Shown: positions 10,921-19,357 of the stretch, piece after piece
How the letters are laid out: each line of letters begins with the position of its first letter
Numbering within the stretch: position 1 is the first letter of the stretch
Assembly: GCA_963777785.1 (NCBI GenBank)
Contig: CAVZRU010000003.1
Span: 111,301-175,300 of the forward strand
Reading direction: 5' to 3'
From: an uncultured Alphaproteobacteria bacterium
Lineage (GTDB): Bacteria > Pseudomonadota > Alphaproteobacteria > Sphingomonadales > Sphingomonadaceae
Length of the DNA stretch: 64,000 nucleotides
The notes under the pieces: model-generated
Told to the model about the DNA's origin: nothing
The model's database searches: none
What the model saw: the letters and a program-made list of their open reading frames with translations, nothing else
Position numbers and translations under genes: made by a program

Positions 10921-12788
10921 ATGCTGGCAATCAATGGCATTACGGTGCGGCTTGGCGGCCGCGACCATCCTCGACCGCGCGACGGCCGCGATTCCGCCCG
11001 GCGGGCGCGTCGGGCTGATCGGCCGCAACGGTGCGGGCAAGTCCACCTTGATGAAGGTGATGATCGGCCAGCTCGATCCCGACGAAGGCGAGATCGAGAT
11101 GCCGCGCCGCACGCGCCTGGGCTATATCGCGCAGGATGCACCCAGCGGCCTGACCACGCCCGAAGAGGCAGTGCTGGCGGCCGATATCGAGCGCGCGCAG
11201 CTGCTCGAGGAATCGGAGACCTGCACCGATCCGGACCGGCTGGGCGACATTCACGAGCGGCTGCTGGCGATCGACGCCTATAGCGCCCCGTCGCGCGCCG
11301 CCCGCATCCTCACCGGGCTGGGCTTCGACGAGGAGATGCAGGCCCAGCCGCTCGACAGCTTCTCCGGCGGCTGGAGGATGCGCGTGGCGCTGGCCGCGCT
11401 GCTGTTTTCCGCACCCGACGTGCTGCTGCTCGACGAACCTTCGAACCACCTCGATCTCGAAGCGACGCTGTGGCTGGAGAACTTCCTCAAGACCTATCCG
11501 GCGACGCTGGTGGTGATCAGCCATGAGCGCGACCTGCTGAACAATGTCGTCGACCACATCCTGCACCTGCAGGGCGGCAAGCTGACGCTCTATCCCGGCG
11601 GCTACGACAGTTTCGAGCGCCAGCGGGCCGAGCGCGCCGCGCAGCTCGCCGCGGCCAAGGCCTCGCAGGATGCGCAGCGCGCGCGGCTGCAGGATTACGT
11701 CGCGCGCAACAGCGCCCGCGCCTCCACCGCCAAGCAGGCGCAATCGCGCGCCAAGATGCTGGCCAAGATGCAGCCGATCGCGGCGCTGATCGACGATCCC
11801 TCGCTGAGCTTCGACTTTCCCGATCCCAGCGAACTGCGCCCGCCGCTGATCTCGCTCGACCTTGCCGCGGTCGGCTATGCCGCCGACACGCCGGTGCTGC
11901 GGCGGCTCAATTTGCGCATCGATCCCGACGACCGGATCGCGCTGCTGGGCCGCAACGGCAACGGCAAGACCACGCTCGCGCGCCTGCTCGCCGCGCAGCT
12001 CGCCCCGATGGAAGGCGCGATGAACGCGTCGGGCAAGATGAAAGTCGGCTATTTCACCCAGTACCAGGTCGAGGAACTGGCGACCGACGCGACCCCGCTG
12101 GAGCATATGACCCGCGCGATGGACGGGCACACGCCCGGCGCGATCCGCGCGCAATTGGGGCGGTTCGGCTTTTCCGGCAACCGCGCGCACCACCGATGTC
12201 GGCAAGCTTTCCGGCGGCGAGCGCGCGCGGCTGGCGCTGGCGCTGATCACCCGCGATGCGCCGCATATGCTGATCCTCGACGAGCCGACCAACCACCTCG
12301 ACGTCGATGCGCGCGAGGCGCTGGTGCAGGCGCTCAACGACTATTCCGGCGCGGTGATCCTGATCAGCCACGATCGCCACATGGTGGAACTGACTGCCGA
12401 CCGGCTGGTGCTGGTCGATGACGGGACGGCGAAGGACTATGCCGGCAGCATGGAGGATTACATCGACTTCGTGCTGGGCCGGAACCAGCCGAAGAAGGAT
12501 GGCGCGGCCAAGCAGGGCAAGACCGGCGGCAAACAGTCCAACAAGGCGCGCGCCGAAGCCCGCGCCATCAAGGCGGAACTGGCCAATGCCGAAAAATCCA
12601 TCGCGAAGCTCCAGGCCCAATGCACCGAGATCGACCAGGCGATGTATGAGCCAGCCAACAGCGTGGCTCACCTCGCGCAGAAGAGCATGAGCGAACTGCT
12701 GGCGCAAAGGGCGCAGGTGACGAGCGCGCTAGAAGAAGCCGAAGCGGCCTGGCTCGAGCTGAGCGAGCGGCTGGAGAGCGACGGGTAG
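10921..12788 (+). CDS. ABC-F family ATPase (YheS-like), with +1 frameshifts near 10963 and 12188
   Basis: Two Walker A (GRNGAGKST, GRNGNGKTT), FSGGW and LSGGE signatures, LLDEPSNHLD and LDEPTNHLD, coiled-coil tail. Confidence 0.92.
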
Positions 12789-12810
12789 GCCTGCGCCGCT
12801 CTGACCCGTG

Positions 12811-13692
12811 TCAGCGCGCGACCTCGTCAAGCGGACGGCGCGACTTCAACGTCACCAGCACACCGGAGGCACCGATGATTGCCATGCCGATCATGCTCAC
12901 GCCGTCGGGGATCTGGCCGAACACCATCCATGCGAGCAGCGTCACCCACAGCAACTGGAGATAGCTCACCGGCCCCAGCAGCGAGGCAGGCGCCTCCCGG
13001 AAGGCGGCAGTGATCAGGAAATGGGCAATCGCGCCGTTGATCGCGAGGCTGGCCAGCAGCAGCGCCTCGAATGCGCTCGGTGGCCGCTCCGGCCAGAACC
13101 AGGGCGTGATCGCGCCGAAGAGAATCGTTCCGGCCAATGCGGCATAGAACAGCATGGCCATCGTGCCTTCGGTGGGGGCAAGCAGGCGAGAAAGCAGGTT
13201 GTAGCTCGTGGCCGCAAGAGCGCAGCCAAGCGCGAAAGCTACGCCAACACTGTCGAGCCCGCTGCCGGGCCGCACGATCACCAGCACGCCGAGGAACCCC
13301 AGCATGGCGGCAGCCCAGCCCTTCCATCCGATCCGCTCGCCCAGCAACGGCCCGGCGGCGAGCGCCATGAGGATCGGCGTCAAGAAGACGATTGCCGAGG
13401 TTTCCGCCACCGGCATGCGCGAAAGGGCGAGCACCCCAAGAGCGGTGGTCGCGCACAGGCATAGCGCCCTGATCCACACCAGCCCGGTCCGCTGCGTCTG
13501 CACCATCGCCATCCCGTGGCGCGGCGCGACAAAGGCAAGCATCAGTAGCAGATGCCCCGCATAGCGGCAGGCCGCGAGCAACGGCACATCGAAGCTGGCG
13601 ACGAGATATTTGTTCGTCACGTCCATGCAGGCCACGAGCACGAGGGCGGCATTGAACAGCAGCAAGGCGCGCAGGGGATGGACGGAGGGCAT
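12811..13692 (-). CDS. DMT/EamA family transporter
   Basis: About 10 hydrophobic helices, LLGERIG, IVRPG, FGQIPD. Confidence 0.9.
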   Translation of the reverse strand: MPSVHPLRALLLFNAALVLVACMDVTNKYLVASFDVPLLAACRYAGHLLLMLAFVAPRHGMAMVQTQRTGLVWIRALCLCATTALGVLALSRMPVAETSAIVFLTPILMALAAGPLLGERIGWKGWAAAMLGFLGVLVIVRPGSGLDSVGVAFALGCALAATSYNLLSRLLAPTEGTMAMLFYAALAGTILFGAITPWFWPERPPSAFEALLLASLAINGAIAHFLITAAFREAPASLLGPVSYLQLLWVTLLAWMVFGQIPDGVSMIGMAIIGASGVLVTLKSRRPLDEVAR

Positions 13693-13761
13693 CGCGGCGC
13701 GCTTTGGCCCCGCGCGGGCCAGAGCGCAACCACCAGAAAAAGCATTGTCGCGAGGCCGGAA

Positions 13762-13893
13762 CTACTTCGACTTTTGCGCCTTGCTCTGCACCAGGCCCAT
13801 CTGCCGCTGTTTCACCTGCGCTTCGGCCCTGTCGGCCGCCAGCTGGCGAATGGCCGCCCTGAAATTCTCAACCTGATCGCTATCGTCGGGCAT
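13762..13893 (-). CDS. Small hypothetical protein, 43 aa (MPDDSDQVENFRAAIRQLAADRAEAQVKQRQMGLVQSKAQKSK)
   Basis: ATG-TAG ORF below the ORF-track cutoff, host-like codons, co-oriented with the DMT gene. Confidence 0.4.
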   Translation of the reverse strand: MPDDSDQVENFRAAIRQLAADRAEAQVKQRQMGLVQSKAQKSK

Positions 13894-14000
13894 AGTGCCG
13901 CATAGCGCGATTCTGGTTAATAATTGCGCTTGTCGAAACAGGGTCCGCTACGGGGCGCGGGGCGGCGCTCGCCTCAAGAGTATCGTCATTGATAGGGGAA

Positions 14001-14091
14001 CGTCATTGCGAGGGCCGCAGGCCCGCGGCAATCCAGAGCCCCACAGAGCCGCCCTGGATTGCTTCGTCGGCTTTGCCTCCTCGCAGTGACG
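14001..14091. repeat. REP-like palindromic doublet, family A (CGTCATTGCGAG...GCAATCCAG / CTGGATTGC...CTCGCAGTGACG)
   Basis: Terminal and internal inverted repeats; related copy at 59340-59416. Confidence 0.8.
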
Positions 14092-14226
14092 AGACGGATC
14101 TGAAGGGGATAAAGGCCAAACAAGTTCAGGGTGACGAGGTAACGTGTCAGTGTTGGACTGCCGGCATTCGCGCGGGCATCATGCTGCGCCATACGGTACG
14201 TCTCAAGTGAACAGGGGAGGGCGCTT

Positions 14227-14517
14227 ATGTCGGTTCGTTTGGTCATCACGGTGAATACTCTGCCAGGCAGAAGCGAGGAATTCGCTGCGCTCATGCGCGA
14301 ACGCTACCGCGAAATGCGGCAGGAGCCGGGCTGCGAGCAATTCGAACTGTTCCAGAGCGTCGACGATCCCGATCGCTTCGTGACGCTCGAGCTATGGGAA
14401 GACGAGGCCGCGCTTGCCGCCCATGCCGATGCGAACAAGGCGCGCGGCCCGACCTCGCCCAACCTGCGCGTCGATCCCGGCCAGCGCGAGGACTACGTCT
14501 ATAACCGGACGCGGTGA
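14227..14517 (+). CDS. ABM-domain protein (putative quinol monooxygenase)
   Basis: EPGCEQFELFQS...FVTLELWEDEAALAAH; GGAGG RBS. Confidence 0.88.
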   Translation: MSVRLVITVNTLPGRSEEFAALMRERYREMRQEPGCEQFELFQSVDDPDRFVTLELWEDEAALAAHADANKARGPTSPNLRVDPGQREDYVYNRTR

Positions 14518-14562
14518 GGGGCAGGGTGGGGCAATCTCGCCGTCTATGAAAACCAGCGTCAT

Positions 14563-14721
14563 CCGTTCGTCCTGAGCCTGTCGAAGGACGCGCGAAAGAT
14601 TTGAAGCTAGGCGGGAGGCGGTGACCGTAAACGGTTTGGTGGGCCGCCGTTCAACCGGCCGAGCAAGATCGTTACTCCCACAAGCTCAGCGCGCGTCCTT
14701 CGACAGGCTCAGGACGAACGG
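14563..14721. repeat. REP doublet/MITE-like element, family C copy 1
   Basis: 32-bp terminal inverted repeats CCGTTCGTCCTGAGCCTGTCGAAGGACGCGCG. Confidence 0.9.
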
Positions 14722-14790
14722 GGTTTGGATAATGACGAAGGACGAGGTGCGTTGTGTCCGCAATGGAGTGGGAAGCGGAGACCGCCACTC

Positions 14791-14883
14791 TCGTCATGCT
14801 GAACTTGTTTCAGCATCCATCGCGCCTCCGGGAGCAGTGGTCTGTGGGGAGAAATGGACGCTGAACCAAGTTCAGGGTGACGA
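14791..14883. repeat. REP doublet, family B (TCGTCATGCTGAACTTGTTTCAGC / GCTGAACCAAGTTCAGGGTGACGA)
   Basis: Inverted ends, each with an internal hairpin; right-half fragment also at 14118-14137. Confidence 0.8.
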
Positions 14884-14934
14884 AATTGGCGAAGGCATCC
14901 ATGTCCCCAATAGGTCGATATCCGCCCCCCCTTA

Positions 14935-14960
14935 TCGTCATTCCCGCGCGGGAATGACGA
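14935..14960. repeat. Perfect 26-bp palindrome TCGTCATTCCCGCGCGGGAATGACGA (collapsed REP doublet, family D)
   Basis: Exactly self-complementary; CGTCATTCCCGCG-type REP ends. Confidence 0.85.
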
Positions 14961-15003
14961 AGGATGAGGTGTGTAGTGTGTCCGCAGGGCAGGGTATGCG
15001 CCG

Positions 15004-15426
15004 TCAACAACTGGCCAACCCGCCCCCGCCGAGTGCGATGATGGTGAGTTCCTTGCGCCCGACTGGGACAATTGCCTGCCAGCCTTCGTAGCCGGACGAG
15101 TTGTTGAAAAAGTCGAGGCGTGCTCCGCCATCAAACATTATACGAAGATCAGACGTTTGTTCGTCCACCTCCGTTCCCACGACCTTTTGCCCATCCAATA
15201 GTTCATTGGTACGCTTTTCGCCGTCTATGGGCTGTGCCAGGCCAAATGCCTGCTCGTCATCCTCGTCTCCGTACCGGATGCCACCGCCACTGACGACGCG
15301 CCACGGCACTGACACTGCAATATGGACGCGATCCTCAAAGCTGAAGCACCAGTCGCACTCACGCTTCGAGACATGACAGCGGCGGCCCTGAAGGCTTACG
15401 GAGAGTATTGAAGCAGGTGCTTCCAT
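15004..15426 (-). CDS. Hypothetical protein, DUF6188-like
   Basis: 140-aa ORF with PWR...DLRIMFDGGARL...GYEGW pattern; more A/T-rich than neighbours; bounded by two array sites. Confidence 0.65.
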   Translation of the reverse strand: MEAPASILSVSLQGRRCHVSKRECDWCFSFEDRVHIAVSVPWRVVSGGGIRYGDEDDEQAFGLAQPIDGEKRTNELLDGQKVVGTEVDEQTSDLRIMFDGGARLDFFNNSSGYEGWQAIVPVGRKELTIIALGGGGLASC

Positions 15427-15522
15427 CGCTTGGATATCTCACGGGTTTCTGATGTCCGCAATGTGCAGGCGCTGCAACTTCTTGAATTTCGTCATTCCCC
15501 GCCGCGCGAAAACTTCCCCATT

Positions 15523-15681
15523 CCGTTCGTCCTGAGCCTGTCGAAGGACGCGCGAAAGATCTGAAGTTAGGCGGGAGGCGGTTGCCGTAAACGGTTTGGT
15601 GGGCCGCCGGTCAAACGGCCGAGCAAGATCGTTACTCCCACAAGCTCAGCGCGCGTCCTTCGACAGGCTCAGGACGAACGG
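15523..15681. repeat. REP doublet/MITE-like element, family C copy 2
   Basis: 15522-15693 repeats 14562-14733 with 6 mismatches. Confidence 0.9.
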
Positions 15682-15780
15682 GGTTTGGATAATTGGGAAA
15701 GGCCGCAATTGTGCGGAATGACGAAGGTGAGATAAGTTATGTCCGCAATGGGGTGGGAAGCGGACGTTAGAAAAGGGCGC

Positions 15781-15997
15781 TTATTCGTCAGAGGTAAATC
15801 TTCTCACAACCAGCCAAAGCAATCCGAGGTAGGTGGCAAAGCACGCGAGCATGTACGCGATGAGTAACGGCAGCAGTAGTCCGGCCTCTACGGTCGCATC
15901 ATATTTCTCATAGAGGAAGCCTGCCCCCCAGTCCCGGTAGGAGGGGAGCAAACAGGCAGCGCTGAACAGCCGAGTTTCTGTTGATCGTCGATGGCAT
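15781..15997 (-). CDS. Small membrane protein (~71 aa) with an apparent +1 frameshift in the C-run near 15925
   Basis: MPSTINRN...PGLG/AGFLYEKYDATVEAGLLLPLLIAYMLACFATYLGLLWLVVRRFTSDE*; length 217 = 3n+1. Confidence 0.5.
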
Positions 15998-16050
15998 TAG
16001 TTTCGCCGATTTAGCCGTGTCCGCAATGTCGCCGATATAGGCCCCCCCTT

Positions 16051-16135
16051 TCGTCATCCCGCGTAAGCCGGGATCGGTGGCCTTTCATAGGTATTGCGTT
16101 GGAGGGCCGCGGTCCCGGCATGCGCCGGGACGACG
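16051..16135. repeat. REP doublet, family E (TCGTCATCCCGCGTAAGCCGGGATC / GGTCCCGGCATGCGCCGGGACGACG)
   Basis: Inverted CGTC-type ends with internal hairpins. Confidence 0.75.
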
Positions 16136-16187
16136 CGCTTCGAGCGCGCGCTGTGCGCAACGCGAACCACCGCACATTTCCGCTATT

Positions 16188-16273
16188 GTCACCCCGGACT
16201 TGTTCCGGGGTCCCGCTGGTGGCCGGTGGATGTGAGAATTTGAGAAGCGGATCCGGAACAAGTCCGGGATGAC
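16188..16273. repeat. REP doublet, family F (GTCACCCCGGACTTGTTCCGGGGTCC / GGATCCGGAACAAGTCCGGGATGAC)
   Basis: Inverted ends with internal hairpins. Confidence 0.8.
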
Positions 16274-16313
16274 TTATGGGGCGCGAAGGTCTGCTACAGA
16301 GGCCACCCCAACG

Positions 16314-16348
16314 AAAAACCGCCCCGGAGCGTGCGCTCCGGAGCGATT
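16314..16348 (-). terminator. Probable terminator of the hydrolase gene
   Basis: CGCCCCGGAGCG/CGCTCCGGAGCG stem with a T-run on the minus strand, ~30 nt after the stop. Confidence 0.65.
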
Positions 16349-16378
16349 TCTCCCCCATTCGGTAGTCTGGCCGGCGGA

Positions 16379-17323
16379 TTATTTCTCCGCGTGGCGGCCG
16401 ACCCAGTCGAGCACTGTCTTGTTGAACTCTTCAGGCTGTTCCCAATAAGTGGCGTGGCCTGCTTCGTCGATCACATGGGTTTCCGCATTGGGAAATTTCT
16501 GTGCGAACAGGCGCTGCATGGCCGGGGGGCCGAACAGGTCGCCATCGCCCGTCAGCAGCAATACCGGCACTTTCATCTTGCTCATGGTTTCAAAAGTGAC
16601 ATTCGCGCCCCAGGCCTGGCCGTTGTAGAGCCCTTCGGGCCGGCCGATATGTTCAAGTTCGGCCCATTCCTTTGTGCCTTCCGGGTTGCCGGCACGGTAG
16701 TTGGGGCCGAGTTCGCGCCATTCGGGCGGCGGGTAATCGTCGCCGTCTTCATTTTCGCCCAGCGTGCCCAGCTCCAGGCGGGACCACATTTCTTCCCATT
16801 CCTTTTCCGCGGGCAGCAGGATCGAATTGCACAATGTCAGCGAACGCAGCCGATCCTGGTGGTTGATCGAAAATGCGGTGGCCGTGACCCCGCCAGCCGC
16901 GCAGCCGACCAGATGGAACTTGTCGATCCCCAGCGAATCCACCAGCGCGAGCACGTCGCCCGACGCAGTGCCGGGATTGTCTTCGGGGCCGGGGATGGAC
17001 TTGTGCGCGCCGCGGCGGTTCAGCGCGATCACGCGGTAGCCGGCAGCGGCGAACTCTGGCTGCTGGTATTTCCAGATAAGCGCGGATTGCGACCAGGGGT
17101 GAAGCAGCACGATGACTTCGCCGTCGCCGCCCGTATCCCAATACCACAGCTTCGCATCGGCAACGTCGGCATAGCCTTCAAAAGCTTCCACCTGTTCTGG
17201 TACCGGTACCTTGTCCCATACGGCAGCGGGCTCTTTTGCTTCGTGATGGTTGGCCCATGCGGTGGTGGAGCTGCCGGCAAGTAGCAGCGCCGCAAGGCCG
17301 ATAGTCTTCGCTATGGCTTTCAT
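16379..17323 (-). CDS. Secreted alpha/beta-fold hydrolase
   Basis: Signal peptide MKAIAKTIGLAALLLAG, VLLHP, nucleophile elbow LVGCAAGG, AGH near the C-terminus. Confidence 0.85.
   Translation of the reverse strand: MKAIAKTIGLAALLLAGSSTTAWANHHEAKEPAAVWDKVPVPEQVEAFEGYADVADAKLWYWDTGGDGEVIVLLHPWSQSALIWKYQQPEFAAAGYRVIALNRRGAHKSIPGPEDNPGTASGDVLALVDSLGIDKFHLVGCAAGGVTATAFSINHQDRLRSLTLCNSILLPAEKEWEEMWSRLELGTLGENEDGDDYPPPEWRELGPNYRAGNPEGTKEWAELEHIGRPEGLYNGQAWGANVTFETMSKMKVPVLLLTGDGDLFGPPAMQRLFAQKFPNAETHVIDEAGHATYWEQPEEFNKTVLDWVGRHAEK
17198..17211. promoter_or_regulatory. Possible intragenic GntR-type operator TGGTACCGGTACCT
   Basis: 13/14 match to the 9349 palindrome, inside the 5' part of the hydrolase gene. 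Confidence 0.45.
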
Positions 17324-17527
17324 TCTTCCTCTCCTCTTTTTTTGCGATCCTATACTGGCAAATCGGACATGGCCACCTGCAAGACGACTCTGCCCGGTCG
17401 ATGCGTCTTCGATTGGCGATTCTTTTCCTGGCGGCCCACTGGCGGCAAATTCGGCCTGGCTGCAGCGGCTGCGACGCGATGAAAGCGGCTGTCTCTGCGG
17501 TGAAAGCTGGTAGCTATTGACCGGATT

Positions 17528-17541
17528 TGGGACCGGTACCA
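17528..17541. promoter_or_regulatory. GntR(LacI)-type operator TGGGACCGGTACCA
   Basis: Near-palindrome extended by TT/AA, in the divergent hydrolase/SDR intergenic region. Confidence 0.7.
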
Positions 17542-17636
17542 AAAGGGGGCAACCGGCTGCTGCGTTTGCGCGGCGACTCATTGATCCCCGTCCGGTCTCG
17601 TCGATCGGCACATAAGACAATCAAGAGGAGAGACCC

Positions 17637-18374
17637 TTGGCATCACCACTCATGCTCGTGACCGGAGGCAGCCGCGGGATCGGCGCCGCCATTGCCCGCC
17701 TGGCCGCAGATCGCGGTTATGACGTGGCGCTGAGCTACGCCAGCAGGTCCGACGACGCGGAAGCCGTGGCGGACGAGATCAGGGCGAAAGGGCGGCGTGC
17801 GCTCGCGATCAAGGCGGAAATGGCTTCGGAGGCCGACATCCTGCGCATGTTCGAACAGGTCGATGCCGAATTCGGGCGGCTGGATTGCCTGGTCTACAAT
17901 GCCGGTGTGGGCCCGAAACCGGGCCGGCTGGTGGATACGGAATGGTCCGAACTGCGCCGGGTGATGGACGTCAATCTGCTGGGCGCACATATCGCCTCCC
18001 GCGAAGCGATCAGGCGCATGTCCACCGCGCGCGGCGGGCAGGGCGGCAGCATCGTGCTGATGGGATCGCGCGCTTCCTATTACGGGGCGCCGGGTAGGGC
18101 GATCTCCTACGCGACCTCGAAAGGCGGGCTCGATGCGCTGAACTACGGGCTGGGCAAGGAAGTGGCGGCCGAGGGCATCCGGGTCAATCTGGTTTCGCCG
18201 GGTCCGATCTCGACCGACATGAACAATGAACAGACCGCGCCTGACCGGATCAAGGAAATTCCGATGGGCCGCTATGGCACGGCGGAGGAAGTCGCCTCGG
18301 CAGTGCTGTTCCTGGCTTCGGACGAAGCGTCTTTCGTATCATCCGCCAGCCTCATGGTCAGCGGCGCGCGCTGA
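17637..18374 (+). CDS. SDR-family oxidoreductase
   Basis: TGGSRGIG, NAG, YATSK, VSPGPI; TTG start with GAGGAG RBS. Confidence 0.93.
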   Translation: MASPLMLVTGGSRGIGAAIARLAADRGYDVALSYASRSDDAEAVADEIRAKGRRALAIKAEMASEADILRMFEQVDAEFGRLDCLVYNAGVGPKPGRLVDTEWSELRRVMDVNLLGAHIASREAIRRMSTARGGQGGSIVLMGSRASYYGAPGRAISYATSKGGLDALNYGLGKEVAAEGIRVNLVSPGPISTDMNNEQTAPDRIKEIPMGRYGTAEEVASAVLFLASDEASFVSSASLMVSGAR

Positions 18375-18398
18375 GGCGCCAGTTCGAGGAGATAGAAA

Positions 18399-19139
18399 AT
18401 GACAGCACCCGTGATGCTCATAACGGCGGGAAGCCGCAGCATTGGCGCAGCGATCGCTCGGCAGGCCGGCGAACAAGGCTACGATGTGGCGATCAATTAT
18501 GTGAACAACCGCGAGGCGGCCGAGGCCGTGGCGGATCATGTCCGCGCGCAGGGGCGCAAGGCGGAGATCATCCAGGCGGACATGTCGAAGGAAGAGGATA
18601 TCAAGCGGATGTTCGCGGAATTCGACCAGCATTTCGGCCGGCTGGATTGCATGGTCTACAATGCCGGCGGTTCGGGCGGTAAGGGATCTCCGCTGGCCGA
18701 TGTCGCCACGGAGACCTTGCGCAAGGCGCATGATCTCAATGTGCTGGGCGCGCATTTCTGCGCTGCGGAGGCGATCCGCCGCATGTCGAACAAGCGCGGC
18801 GGCGATGGCGGCAACATCGTGTTCATAAGCTCCCGCTCGGCGGAATACGGCAATCCCGGCCTGGCCGTGTGGTATGCCTCCACCAAGCGGGCGGAAGAGG
18901 TGTTGTCGACCGCGCTGTCAAAGGAAGTGGCCGAGGACGGTATCCGCGTGAATACCGTCTCGCCGGGGCCGATCCATACCGATGCGAACGATCCCAAGGC
19001 CGCGCCGGAGCGGATCAACTGGATCCCAATGCGGCGCTTCGGCCAGCCGCCGGAAGTCGCCAATGCGGTGCTGTTCCTGGCCTCGCCGGAAGCTTCGTTC
19101 ATTACCGGGACGGTGCTGAACGTTTCGGGCGGGCGGTGA
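18399..19139 (+). CDS. SDR-family oxidoreductase, tandem paralog
   Basis: TAGSRSIG, NAG, YASTK, VSPGPI; collinear with the upstream SDR. Confidence 0.93.
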   Translation: MTAPVMLITAGSRSIGAAIARQAGEQGYDVAINYVNNREAAEAVADHVRAQGRKAEIIQADMSKEEDIKRMFAEFDQHFGRLDCMVYNAGGSGGKGSPLADVATETLRKAHDLNVLGAHFCAAEAIRRMSNKRGGDGGNIVFISSRSAEYGNPGLAVWYASTKRAEEVLSTALSKEVAEDGIRVNTVSPGPIHTDANDPKAAPERINWIPMRRFGQPPEVANAVLFLASPEASFITGTVLNVSGGR

Positions 19140-19177
19140 TCTGAGGGAAGGCGCAGCGCGGAGGGGCGGGGCGATTC

Positions 19178-19191
19178 AGGTACCGGTAACA
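19178..19191. promoter_or_regulatory. GntR(LacI)-type operator AGGTACCGGTAACA
   Basis: Intergenic, upstream of the NHL operon. Confidence 0.7.
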
Positions 19192-19357
19192 AAAGCTCGT
19201 TGCCGAACCGGAGCCTGCGCCATATGGTCTCCGCGTGCGATTCTTGGCCGCTGCTGCGGCGTGAATTTAATTATGCGATAAAAGTACGTTATTTCAATTA
19301 GATAGGCGAGAGCAGGCAAACTGCCTCCCATGGTCAATATGCGAGAGGATAGTAAAG

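Larger units (their letters stand above)
14755..16310. repeat. Array of 7-8 degenerate ~29-bp (T/G)GTCCGCAAT...GCGGAC-type sites separating REP doublets and small ORFs
   Basis: Sites start at 14755, 14902, 14979, 15453, 15740, 16018, 16152 and (weak) 16288. Confidence 0.7.

Noticed and set aside
14621-15134. ORFs 14621-15091 (+), 14709-15134 (-) and 16011-16358 (-)
   Set aside because: They are translations of REP palindromes and array sites, not credible proteins
14563-16310. CRISPR array or classical integron
   Set aside because: Sites are degenerate with 77-474-bp spacing, no cas or intI gene is present, and they are too short for attC and lack the RYYYAAC/GTTRRRY pair
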